Shown here: positions 9,055 to 18,035 of the stretch, piece by piece
Numbering within the stretch: the first letter of the stretch is position 1
Layout: each line of letters starts with the position of its first letter
Origin: a virus
Taxonomy: Duplodnaviria > Caudoviricetes
Strand: one strand, 5' to 3'
Virus record (IMG/VR): IMGVR_UViG_3300043103_000273
Location: 1-40,108 of that record
DNA: 40,108 nt
Made by a program: the position numbers and the translations under genes
The notes under the pieces: model-generated
What the model saw: only the letters and a program-made list of their open reading frames with translations
Database searches by the model: none
What the model was told of the DNA's origin: nothing

Positions 9055-11003
9055 CCACCGAATTGCAACAGCGCAAGATTGCCGACATCATGGCCCGCGC
9101 CAATCGCGAGCCGACCTACCGCTCGCTCACCCTGCGCGCCGAAGATGTCGCTGCTGCGGGCGAAGATCGCCGCGTCAACGTCGCCTTCGCCAGCGAGTTC
9201 CCAGAGCTTCGCTGGTTTGGACAAGAAATTTTAGATTGTTCACCCACATCTGTGCGGCTAGGTCGCTTGCGCGATGGGGGTGCGCTGCTCTTCAACCATA
9301 ACAATGACGACCTCATCGGCGTGGTGGAGAGCGCGGAAGTTGGCGCAGATCGTGTGTGTCGGGCGGTGGTTCGCTTTGACACATCGGCTGAAGCTGAAAA
9401 CCGCTACCAGCAGGTGCGCAATGGTGTGCTCAAGCACGTCTCTGTGCGCTATCGCATTCACAAAATAGTCCTCGAATCTCAGGCCGATGGTGTAGAGACC
9501 TACCGCATCACAGACTGGGAGCCCTACGAGGCCTCGTTTGTCAGCGTGCCGGTCGACCACTCTGTTGGCCTGGGTCGCAGCCTGGATGCCAGCGCACAAG
9601 CAGCCGCAGCCCCTTTGCCCCTGCCTCTCCCCGCCCCCACCCCCTCCCCCGTAATCATCCGTTCAAAAAAGGAAACCCCCATGACTGATCCCGTTAATAA
9701 AGATGCCGAACACGCTGAGCAACTGCGCAAAGCCACCGAAGCAGCCAACCAGCAGCGCACCGCTGCCGAGGCAGACACCAAGCGCCGCGACGCCATCGTC
9801 GAGCTCGGTGTTAAGTATTCTGAATACCTGACACTCCCCCAGGTGCAAGAAGCCTGCCGCAGCAGCAAAACGCCTGCCGAAGTGCAGGACATGGTCCTGG
9901 AGGCCATGAAAACCAAGCACAGCGACACCCGTGGTGCCCACATCGGCCTCACCGACAAAGAAGCCCAAACTTTCAGCATCTCGCGCGCAGTGCGTGGCAT
10001 GCTGATGGGGGACTGGCAAGATGCGGGCTTCGAGCGCAGCGTGAGCGAAGCCGCTGCCAAAAAGTTTGGCTCCAGCTCGCGCGGCATCCTCATCCCCATG
10101 GATGTGTTCGCTCAGCGTACCTTCATCGCGGGCACCGCCAGCGAGGCAGGCAACCTGATCCCCGTGCAATTGCGCACCGATCTGTTTGTAGACGTGCTGC
10201 GCAACAACCTGGTGCTCGGTCGCTTGGGCGTGACTATGTTGTATGGCCTGACCAGCAACATCGACATCCCGCGCAAAACCGCAGGCTCTACCCTGGGCTT
10301 CGTGACTGAGATCGCCACATTGGCCGAGACCCAGCCCACCACCGGCAAGGTCTCCATGGGCCCCAAGCGCATCGGCGGCTTTGTGCGCTTCTCTAAGCAA
10401 GCGGTCATCCAGTCGGCCATAGCCATCGAGCCCATGCTGCGCCAGGACGTGCTCGACCAGTACGCCCGCGATGTTGAGACCCAGGCCATCAACGGCACCG
10501 GTGCCGGTGCCTTCCCCCGTGGCATCCGCACCACCGCAGGCATCGGCTCTGTGGCAGCGGGCACCAACGGCCTGGCACCCACCTGGGCTCATGCGGTCGA
10601 CCTGGAAAGCGCTTGCGCCAACGTCAACAGTGAGCCCGATCGCTTCAGCGGCTACCTGCTCAACACCCGCACCCGTGGTGCCTATAAGAAAACCCAACGC
10701 GCCGCTAACCTGGATTTCATCTGGGACAACGGTGGGCAGCCGCTCAACGGCTACCGCGCCGAGGTGAGCAACGTCATGCCGAACAACCTGACCAAAGGCA
10801 CCAGCTCTGGCATCTGCTCTTCCATGCTCTTCAGCTCAGACTGGAGCTCCAGCGTCATCGGCACCTTCGGCGCGGTCGAAATCCTGGTCGATGAAGTGAC
10901 GCAAGCTGCCGACGGTATGAACCGCCTCATCGTCAACGGCTTCATGGACCACGCCGTGCGCCGCGCTGCTGACTTCGCGCTCATCGACGATCTGCTGGCC
11001 TAA
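9051..11003 (+). CDS. Prohead protease (HK97-type) fused to major capsid protein
   Basis: Protease motifs 'LLFNH', 'VSVRY', 'WEPYEASFVSVPVD'; Pro-rich linker; HK97-fold capsid motifs 'GNLIP', 'INGTG', 'LNGY'. Confidence 0.92.
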   Translation: MTTELQQRKIADIMARANREPTYRSLTLRAEDVAAAGEDRRVNVAFASEFPELRWFGQEILDCSPTSVRLGRLRDGGALLFNHNNDDLIGVVESAEVGADRVCRAVVRFDTSAEAENRYQQVRNGVLKHVSVRYRIHKIVLESQADGVETYRITDWEPYEASFVSVPVDHSVGLGRSLDASAQAAAAPLPLPLPAPTPSPVIIRSKKETPMTDPVNKDAEHAEQLRKATEAANQQRTAAEADTKRRDAIVELGVKYSEYLTLPQVQEACRSSKTPAEVQDMVLEAMKTKHSDTRGAHIGLTDKEAQTFSISRAVRGMLMGDWQDAGFERSVSEAAAKKFGSSSRGILIPMDVFAQRTFIAGTASEAGNLIPVQLRTDLFVDVLRNNLVLGRLGVTMLYGLTSNIDIPRKTAGSTLGFVTEIATLAETQPTTGKVSMGPKRIGGFVRFSKQAVIQSAIAIEPMLRQDVLDQYARDVETQAINGTGAGAFPRGIRTTAGIGSVAAGTNGLAPTWAHAVDLESACANVNSEPDRFSGYLLNTRTRGAYKKTQRAANLDFIWDNGGQPLNGYRAEVSNVMPNNLTKGTSSGICSSMLFSSDWSSSVIGTFGAVEILVDEVTQAADGMNRLIVNGFMDHAVRRAADFALIDDLLA

Positions 11004-11035
11004 TCGCTAGTCGGTCTGTCTTGTCCGTTTCCCCG

Positions 11036-11079
11036 GCCCGCTATGGCTTTCATAGCGGGCATTCCCTTAAATTTTTTTT
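11036..11079 (+). terminator. Stem-loop after the capsid gene (terminator or mRNA stabiliser)
   Basis: Perfect 10-bp stem GCCCGCTATG/CATAGCGGGC; the T-run is displaced about 10 nt downstream. Confidence 0.55.
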
Positions 11080-11093
11080 GTTAGGAAATTATT

Positions 11094-11405
11094 ATGTTTG
11101 GTGAAAACACTGGTAAACCCGTCGACGTTATCGCCGTCGAATCTTTTCGCTTGAATGGCGAGCACGTCGAGCGCTTCACGGTCATCAAAGGCATGGAGGC
11201 CGATTTGGCGATGGAGCTGGCAGGCGCAGGCAAGGTGCGCGCAGCTACCAAAGAGGCTTTGAAAGAGGCCGAGGCAGCACAAGCCAATGCCGAGAAAGTG
11301 GCCGCAGCCCAGACGGCAGCCACGTCTAGCCCGGCTGAGGCGATTGCCGCCGCAGTCACTGCCGCGCTGGCAGCCGCTGGCATTGGTGCAAAAACTCGCG
11401 GCTGA
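11094..11405 (+). CDS. Small Ala-rich head-module protein (gpFI-like position)
   Basis: AGGA RBS; position right after the capsid gene. Confidence 0.65.
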   Translation: MFGENTGKPVDVIAVESFRLNGEHVERFTVIKGMEADLAMELAGAGKVRAATKEALKEAEAAQANAEKVAAAQTAATSSPAEAIAAAVTAALAAAGIGAKTRG

Positions 11406-11422
11406 TCTAGCCCGCCTGACCC

Positions 11423-11701
11423 ATGCCCGAAGACCTCGACATTTTCTTAAGTGAGGACGGCCTGCCCTGTGTGTTTGGGGCGCAGAGCTTTCTCGGCATC
11501 CTGGACCAGCCCGCGCAGGTCCTGGACTTTGAACCCGCCAGGGTGCAAACCATCGAGTACGAGCTGCGTTTTATCAGCACGCAGGCCAGCCTCTCGCGCG
11601 GCGAGTCTGGCACGGTGGGCGGCATCGCCTACACCGTGCGCAGCGCGCCCAGGCAAGTGGGTGATGGGGCCTTCAGCTTGGTCACGCTCACGAAAGTCTA
11701 G
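11423..11701 (+). CDS. Head closure protein (gpFII-like)
   Basis: 92 aa, 'GILDQP', 'YTVR...GDGAFS' pattern; synteny. Confidence 0.75.
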   Translation: MPEDLDIFLSEDGLPCVFGAQSFLGILDQPAQVLDFEPARVQTIEYELRFISTQASLSRGESGTVGGIAYTVRSAPRQVGDGAFSLVTLTKV

Positions 11702-11703
11702 CC

Positions 11704-12156
11704 ATGCCCAGCAAAGCCGAGCAAGTCGCCCAGCTCATCACCAGTGCGCTGCAGGCCAATCTGGTGGCCATTGGTATCCAGGCGGTCTACCGCGACCGGC
11801 AAGATGCCATGGAGCGCGCCGAGAGCCCGGTCATCCTGGTCGAGCTGGTCGACGAAGACAGCCGCGCCTTTGGTGGGCCTGCACCGGGTCGGCGCGCCAC
11901 GACCGATGAAGACTTGCTCCGAGTGCAGGTCTGCGTCTGTGTGCGTAGTGCCAGCTGGCAAACCATTGCCGACGCTGTGCGCGTGCAAGCGCACACAGTG
12001 CTCATTGCCAGCGCTGCCCTGCAAGCCGTGCTGGGCGAAAGCCTGCGCCGCGACCGTGCCGACTGGCGCGCCGCTGATAGCGATGTGCCCTTTGGCTATT
12101 GCAATCAGATCTATCAATGCAAATACATCACTTCTAACGAAAGCCTTGATTTATGA
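11704..12156 (+). CDS. Tail terminator protein (gpU-like)
   Basis: Size and synteny before the tail tube gene. Confidence 0.65.
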   Translation: MPSKAEQVAQLITSALQANLVAIGIQAVYRDRQDAMERAESPVILVELVDEDSRAFGGPAPGRRATTDEDLLRVQVCVCVRSASWQTIADAVRVQAHTVLIASAALQAVLGESLRRDRADWRAADSDVPFGYCNQIYQCKYITSNESLDL

Positions 12157-12329
12157 AAACCTACATCGTGCAACCTGGCCACGTGCTCACCCAAACCGGC
12201 GGCGAACTGGTCTATGCCGGTGGCGAGATTGAGCTCGCCGACCAAGAGGCCGCAGCCATGGCGCATGCCGTCACGCTCAAGCCGCTAGAGAGCGCCACCC
12301 ATACCAAGCCCTCACCCGATCGCAAATAA
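12153..12329 (+). CDS. 58-aa hypothetical protein MKTYIVQPGHVLTQ...DRK (absent from ORF track)
   Basis: ATGA overlap with the previous gene; fills the gap before the tail tube gene. Confidence 0.7.
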   Translation: MKTYIVQPGHVLTQTGGELVYAGGEIELADQEAAAMAHAVTLKPLESATHTKPSPDRK

Positions 12330-12389
12330 GCGCACCCGCGCCCGATCTCACCCCTTCCCGCATCCGTCTAACTTTGAAAGGACACTATC

Positions 12390-13145
12390 ATGCTAGTCTT
12401 TGGAGCCGGTGCCGTTTATGGCACCCCCCGCACTGATTTTTCAGGCGCCACCCTCGCCACCCCCACCCCCGTGCGCCTGGGCATTTTGCAAGAGGTATCG
12501 GTCGACATCTCGCGCGAGCTCAAAATGCTCTACGGCGAGCGCGGCTTCCCCGTCGGTGTAGGCGCTGGCAAAGGCAAGATCAGCATCAAAGCCAAAATGG
12601 GCAACTTCAGCGCAGCCGCTTATGGCCAGCTGTACAGCGGTCGCGCACCCACCACCGCCATCAAGCTCCTGCAGGTCGATGATCCCATCGTTTCTGCCGC
12701 CAGCGTTACCACCACGCCGCCCAGCTCAGGCACCTTTGTGTCCGACCTGGGCATTGTCGAGGTCTCTACCGGCAACTCCTTTAAGCGCGTGGCATCAGCG
12801 CCTGCCACGGGTGAGTACACCGTTACAGGGAGCACCTACGCCTTCGCCGTCGCCGACAACGGCAAAGCCTTGTTGCGCAACTATGAATACAGCGTGGCAT
12901 CGGCCACAGGCAAAAGCCTTTACAACCTGACCAATGACATCATGGGGTTGGTGCCCACCTTCAAATTTGCCTCGCAAACCCTGTACCAGGGCAAGCGCCT
13001 GGTGCTGCAGCTGGACAACTGCATCAGCGGCAAATTCGCGCTGCCCCTGAAAAATGACGACTTTGCGATTCCAGATTTTGAGTTCGAGGCCTTTGACAAT
13101 GGCACCGGCACTCTGGGCTACATGACCATCGAGGAACCAAGCTAA
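12390..13145 (+). CDS. Major tail tube protein
   Basis: Strong AAGGA RBS; 'LQEVSVDIS', 'KNDDFAIPDFEFEAF'; precedes the chaperones and tape measure gene. Confidence 0.85.
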   Translation: MLVFGAGAVYGTPRTDFSGATLATPTPVRLGILQEVSVDISRELKMLYGERGFPVGVGAGKGKISIKAKMGNFSAAAYGQLYSGRAPTTAIKLLQVDDPIVSAASVTTTPPSSGTFVSDLGIVEVSTGNSFKRVASAPATGEYTVTGSTYAFAVADNGKALLRNYEYSVASATGKSLYNLTNDIMGLVPTFKFASQTLYQGKRLVLQLDNCISGKFALPLKNDDFAIPDFEFEAFDNGTGTLGYMTIEEPS

Positions 13146-13504
13146 TGGCCCAGGCTGATCTCATCCCTGGCGTGGAGATCACGCTGGGCACCCAAAGGCT
13201 CACCATGCCGCCCTGCGGCATGAATGTGCTCTCCAAAAACTGGGCGCAGATCCAGGCGCTGCAGCAAGGTGGCGCCATGGGGGTAGACCAGATCAACCTG
13301 GTCACCGACATCGTGCACGGCGCGCTGCGTCGTAACTATCCCGAACTCACGCGCGAACAGGTCGAAGAGCACATCACGCTGGACAACCTGCAGGGCCTCA
13401 CCACCCAGGCACTCTCGCAAAGTCTGCCGCCGGTGCCCAAGGTCTTGCAGGGGGAGGGCGATGGTTCGGGGGAATCGACTGGGATCAGCTCAGGGCAGAG
13501 CTGA
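13145..13504 (+). CDS. Tail assembly chaperone (G-like)
   Basis: 'ALRRNYPELTREQVE'; between tube and tape measure genes; slippery site near the 3' end. Confidence 0.8.
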   Translation: MAQADLIPGVEITLGTQRLTMPPCGMNVLSKNWAQIQALQQGGAMGVDQINLVTDIVHGALRRNYPELTREQVEEHITLDNLQGLTTQALSQSLPPVPKVLQGEGDGSGESTGISSGQS

Positions 13505-13830
13505 TCCGCTTTGGCGGCATGAGCCCGCGCGCGGCCGCCTGCGCAGACTTCCCCACCTACTACGCCCTGGCCGTGTCCTGGCGCCAGGTCCCGCCCGCTG
13601 ACATCCAGCTGGCACGCATCGCCGCGTTCCTGGGCATCAAAACCAGCGAAGCCACGCGCGCCAGCCCTGTGCAAACGTCTGCACCGCCTGGCGCGCCGGT
13701 GAGTCCACAAGACAGCGATGCCCACGTGGAAGCGGGCATCAGCCAGCTACAGCAAGCGGGTTTCCCTGCGTTTCAGGGGCCGCTCAGTCCCACCGTCTCG
13801 GCCATGCTGGCCGATCTACCTTTGAAGTAA
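13468..13830 (+). CDS. Tail chaperone GT extension reached by -1 frameshift
   Basis: G GGG GAA at 13468-13474; the -1 frame reads IDWDQLRAELIRFGGMSPR... into ORF 13519-13830. Confidence 0.75.
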   Translation, partial: GGIDWDQLRAELIRFGGMSPRAAACADFPTYYALAVSWRQVPPADIQLARIAAFLGIKTSEATRASPVQTSAPPGAPVSPQDSDAHVEAGISQLQQAGFPAFQGPLSPTVSAMLADLPLK

Positions 13831-13833
13831 ACC

Positions 13834-16134
13834 ATGTCCACTGATCGCGGCGATATCGCCTTCACCCTCACCGCCGATGACGGCAAACTCTCCCAAGCGC
13901 TCAGCGGTGTCAGCCAAAAAGCGCAAGAGGCTTTTGGTGGCATGCAGGCCGCTGTGGGCAGGCTGCAAACGCCGTTTGCGGGCCTGGCGGTGGCCATTGG
14001 CGGCATCGCTGTGGCCTTCGCCGGGCTCAGGGCCGCAGTCAGCACTACGCTGCAAATGACCGAGGCCGCCATGGACATGTCGCGCGCCCTGGGCCTGAGC
14101 ACCAACGCCTCCCGCGCCATGGCCATGGCGCTGGAAGACATTGGCGCAGAGCAAGGCGAATTTGAAGGCGCAGCCAAGGGCCTGGTGCGCCAGCTCAAAG
14201 AAAATGAAGAGGGCATGAACGCACTAGGCCTGCGCACCCGCGATGCCGCTGGCAACCTGCTGCCGCTCAATCAACTGGTCACCGATGCCATCCAGGTGCT
14301 GGGCCAGTACAAAGAGGGCACCGACCGCGCCATGGTCTCCACCCAGCTCTTTGGCCGCGGGCTCGATGCCAGCAGCAAACTCATGCTGCTCACCGGCCAA
14401 ACCGTGGCCGAGGCCACGCAGACCATGCAAGACCTCGGCCTGGAGGTCGGCGAGAACGCGGTCAACGCCTGGAAATTATTTGACGAGCAGGCAGATCGGG
14501 CCAAGTTCGGCCTGGACGGCATCAAAAAAGCCGTGGGCGATGCCCTGCTACCCGTGCTCACCACCCTCACCGAGATTCTCAATGCCGTCCTGCCCGCCGC
14601 CATCATCGTGGTGCGCGGCGCGCTCGGGGGCCTTGCGGGCGCATTCCTGTATGTGCGCAACGGCGTGGTGGTGCTGTGGGAGACCATTCACGCCATGATC
14701 GTCACCGTCACCGAGCCCCTGCGCGGCTTGGCCGAGGCCTTGTTCAAGGCCGTCACCGGGGACTTTAGCGGCGCAGTCACCGCCATCAAAAGCATAGGCA
14801 CCAACATCGCCAACACCTGGGGCAGCGCGATGGACACCATGGTCGAGAGCAGCGAGAAAACCCGCAATCAAATCAGGTCCATCTTTGGCGCGGACACGGT
14901 GGCAGGCTCTGGCGGCGGCTTGGGGCCAGGCAGCAAGAGCGCGCCTGCCAAGCAAGACAAAGCCAAAGCGGCCCCCAAAGAAGTCGAGCAAAGCATGATG
15001 CAGGCTTTCGAGACGGCATTGGAGCAGCGCAAACTCGCCTATGAGCGCGAAAACCAGATGCGCGAGTTTGCCAAGTCGCAAGAGCTAGCCTACTGGCAAG
15101 AGCTGCTCACCCGCAAAGACCTCACCGAAAAAGACCGCGCTGCCATCGTGCTGCGCTCTGCCCGGCTCGAAGTGCAAATCGCCCGCGATGCAGCCAAGGC
15201 CCAGGGCGAGATCACCACCCTGCGCAACGAAGACCGCCTCAAGGCCGAGCAAGACTACATCACCCAGCTGCAAGCCATTGCCCAGCAAGAGCGCGATCTG
15301 GGCCTCATCACCCAGCAAGAGCTGCTCGCCCAAAAGCAACAATTCAACGCGCAGCGCATGGCCGCCGAGCTGGAGTTTCTCAACCAAAAGCTGGAGCTGG
15401 CCAAGCTCGACCCGGATAAAAATCTGGTGCTCCTCGAGCAGCTGGAGATGCAGAAGCAGGAGATCTACCGCAAGTATGCGCAAAGCAATGCGCAAATCGC
15501 GCGCGAGATCCAGGCCGAGGTGAATGCGCCCATGAAGTCAATGATCGACATCATCAGCAGCTCGCTCTCCAGCCTGTCCAAAACCATGCTCACCGACTGG
15601 AAAAACATCGGCAAAGCCCTGCGCGCCGTGTTCAAAGACATTGGCCTGGGCATCATCGAAGAGACCATCACCAAGCCACTCAAGGCCAAGCTGGCCGCAT
15701 GGCTGACCGAGAAAATCTTTGGCAAGGCCAAGACCTTCGGCCGCTTGGGCGAGCTCTCAGCCGAGGCGGGTGCCGGTGGCGTGGCCTCCATGGCTGGTGC
15801 GCCCTTCCCGCTCAATCTCTCAGCGCCTGCCTTTGGTGCCAGCATGGCGGCATTGGCGCTGTCCTTTGCGCCCGCTGCCAGCGCTGCGGGCGGCTTTGAT
15901 ATCCCCTCAGGGCTGAACCCCATCACCCAACTCCACCAGCGCGAGATGGTGCTGCCCGAAGCGCAGGCGGATGTGATTCGCTCCATGGCAGGCGGTGGCG
16001 CAAGCGGTGGCGGCTCTGTGCAGGTCACGATTCAAGCATTTGATTCCAAAAGTTTGGAGTCCTACCTCAAAGACAACGGGCAGGCCTTGGGCAATGCCAT
16101 TGCACAGGCACGGCGCAGGGGGTTTGCTACATGA
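13834..16134 (+). CDS. Tape measure protein
   Basis: 766-aa helical, Ala-rich ORF; C-terminal 'SAAGGFDIP...LHQREMVLP'. Confidence 0.92.
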   Translation: MSTDRGDIAFTLTADDGKLSQALSGVSQKAQEAFGGMQAAVGRLQTPFAGLAVAIGGIAVAFAGLRAAVSTTLQMTEAAMDMSRALGLSTNASRAMAMALEDIGAEQGEFEGAAKGLVRQLKENEEGMNALGLRTRDAAGNLLPLNQLVTDAIQVLGQYKEGTDRAMVSTQLFGRGLDASSKLMLLTGQTVAEATQTMQDLGLEVGENAVNAWKLFDEQADRAKFGLDGIKKAVGDALLPVLTTLTEILNAVLPAAIIVVRGALGGLAGAFLYVRNGVVVLWETIHAMIVTVTEPLRGLAEALFKAVTGDFSGAVTAIKSIGTNIANTWGSAMDTMVESSEKTRNQIRSIFGADTVAGSGGGLGPGSKSAPAKQDKAKAAPKEVEQSMMQAFETALEQRKLAYERENQMREFAKSQELAYWQELLTRKDLTEKDRAAIVLRSARLEVQIARDAAKAQGEITTLRNEDRLKAEQDYITQLQAIAQQERDLGLITQQELLAQKQQFNAQRMAAELEFLNQKLELAKLDPDKNLVLLEQLEMQKQEIYRKYAQSNAQIAREIQAEVNAPMKSMIDIISSSLSSLSKTMLTDWKNIGKALRAVFKDIGLGIIEETITKPLKAKLAAWLTEKIFGKAKTFGRLGELSAEAGAGGVASMAGAPFPLNLSAPAFGASMAALALSFAPAASAAGGFDIPSGLNPITQLHQREMVLPEAQADVIRSMAGGGASGGGSVQVTIQAFDSKSLESYLKDNGQALGNAIAQARRRGFAT

Positions 16135-16721
16135 GCAACGCCATCTTCCCCACGCTGGCCGGACAGGCTTGGCCGCGGCACGTCACGCCGATGTACAAGA
16201 CCGATGTGCAAACCAGCGACAGCGGGCGCAGCTGGCATGTGCCGCGCGCGCTGTACCCCACCTACAAATTCAAAATCAGCTACGACTACTTAAGCGCCAC
16301 CGATCGCCGCAGCCTGCAGGCCTTCTTTGAGCAGCACAAGGGCCGTGGCGAAAGTTTTCTATTTGACGACCGCGACGACCGCCTGCAAAACGACAGCGCC
16401 TCGGCGCAACTCTTTGGCACCGGCGATGGCACCCGGGTGCGCTGGCAGTTAGTGCGCAATCGCGGTGGCATCGTGGCGCCGATTGGCAGGCACAACGCCC
16501 TCACCAGTGTGCGCGTGGCTGGCGTGGCCACCACCGCCTACACGCTGGACGACTACGGCTTCCTCACCTTTACCACCGCGCCTGCTGCCGCTGCGGCGCT
16601 GGACTGGCAAGGCACCTTTTACTGGCGCTGCGTGTTCGCCAATGACAGCTTGGCCTTTGAAGAGTTCTTGCGCAATTTTTGGTCCAACAAGTCGGTCGAG
16701 TTTCAAACATGGAAAGCCTGA
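16131..16721 (+). CDS. Distal tail protein, DUF2460-like (GTA-type)
   Basis: 'FFEQHKGRGESFLFDD', 'FGTGDGT...QLVR', 'WQGTFYWRCVF'. Confidence 0.85.
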   Translation: MSNAIFPTLAGQAWPRHVTPMYKTDVQTSDSGRSWHVPRALYPTYKFKISYDYLSATDRRSLQAFFEQHKGRGESFLFDDRDDRLQNDSASAQLFGTGDGTRVRWQLVRNRGGIVAPIGRHNALTSVRVAGVATTAYTLDDYGFLTFTTAPAAAAALDWQGTFYWRCVFANDSLAFEEFLRNFWSNKSVEFQTWKA

Positions 16722-16722
16722 C

Positions 16723-17604
16723 ATGATCCCCACCGACCCCCCCGCGCTCGCAGCCTGGCTGGCCAGCGCGCGCACCGCCATGATCTGGGATGCCTACACC
16801 CTCATCAGCGCCACCGGCACCACTCTGCGCTTTACCGATGCGGATGCTGATCTGCAAATCCCCGCGCCCGATGGCAGGCTGTTTGCGCGGGGCCCCGTGG
16901 TCAAGCGCAGCAACATCCGCCAGTCTGTGGGCCTGAGTGTGGACAACCTTGGCCTGGAGATCATGCCGCGCGCGCTAGAGCAGCCCGTCATGTTTGGCGC
17001 AGTGTCGCTACTCACCGCCGCGCAGGCGGGCCTGCTGCGGGGTGCCACGCTGCAGCTCGAGCGCCTGGTCTATGACAGCAGCGCCGCCTACCAAGGCCGC
17101 TGGGTCGAGTTCGCGGGCACGCTGGCCGTCAAGTCCACCGCTGGCGGCATCATCAAGGCCGATGTGCTCTCCGAGCTCAACATCCTCAACACCCCGTTCC
17201 CGCGCGATGTCTACCAGGCGCAGTGCAAAAACACGGTGTTTGATGCGCAGTGCAACATCCTGCGCGCCACCTGGCAAGTGAGCGGCACCATCAGCGCCGT
17301 CTTCACCGGCGATCCTGCCCGCTCTCAGTTCAACAGCGCTTTGGCGCAGGCTGCGGGCTGGTTTGAGCAGGGCACGGTGCTTTTCACCTCGGGTAGCAAT
17401 GCCGGTATCAAGCGCACTGTCAAGCGTTTCGCATCCGGCCAGTTCGCGTTTGCGCTGCCTTGGCCACGCCCGCTGCAGGTGGGCGATGCCTTTGTGGCCA
17501 CACCGGGCTGCAGCCGCTCGCTCGACACCTGCACCAACAAATTTAACAACCGCCTGCACTTTCGCGGCGAGCCCTTTATCCCTCAGCCCGAGACCGTTAC
17601 ATGA
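16723..17604 (+). CDS. Baseplate hub protein, DUF2163-like (gpL-like Cys motif)
   Basis: 'LRFTDAD', 'YQAQC...FDAQC', 'GCSRSLDTCTNKFNN..HFRGEPFIP'; start reset to ATG 16723. Confidence 0.87.
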   Translation: MIPTDPPALAAWLASARTAMIWDAYTLISATGTTLRFTDADADLQIPAPDGRLFARGPVVKRSNIRQSVGLSVDNLGLEIMPRALEQPVMFGAVSLLTAAQAGLLRGATLQLERLVYDSSAAYQGRWVEFAGTLAVKSTAGGIIKADVLSELNILNTPFPRDVYQAQCKNTVFDAQCNILRATWQVSGTISAVFTGDPARSQFNSALAQAAGWFEQGTVLFTSGSNAGIKRTVKRFASGQFAFALPWPRPLQVGDAFVATPGCSRSLDTCTNKFNNRLHFRGEPFIPQPETVT

Positions 17605-18032
17605 CGCGCGACCGCATCATCGCCGAAGCCTTCACCTGGCTCGGCACACCCTACCACCACTGCGCCGACATCAAAGGCGCAGGCGTGGACTGCGCCATGA
17701 TATTGGTGCGCGTCTATGCCGCTTGCGCCCTGCTGCCCGCCGCCTTCGACCCGCGCCCCTACAGCCCGCAGTGGCACCTGCATCGCGGGCAAGAGCTGTA
17801 CCAGGCCTGGATCGCCGCCAGTGGTGCGGTAGAGACCGGCACCCCACGCCCCGGCGATGTGGGCCTGTGGCGCTTTGGCCGGGCGTACAGCCATGCCGCC
17901 ATTCTGGTCTCTGCGCGCACCGTCATCCATGCGCTCAAAGATACCGGGCGCGTCACCATCAGCGACATCCATGAGCAACCGCTGGCCCAGCGCCCTTGCA
18001 AGTGGTACCGCGTGGTGCCACAAGAGGTTTAG
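17601..18032 (+). CDS. NlpC/P60 tail-associated peptidase
   Basis: 'WLGTPYHH...GVDC', 'PGDV', 'SHAAI', 'IHA'. Confidence 0.92.
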   Translation: MTRDRIIAEAFTWLGTPYHHCADIKGAGVDCAMILVRVYAACALLPAAFDPRPYSPQWHLHRGQELYQAWIAASGAVETGTPRPGDVGLWRFGRAYSHAAILVSARTVIHALKDTGRVTISDIHEQPLAQRPCKWYRVVPQEV

Positions 18033-18035
18033 ACC

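Noticed and set aside
16465-16722. N-terminal extension of the hub protein
   Set aside because: Overlaps the DUF2460-like gene; ATG 16723 follows its stop
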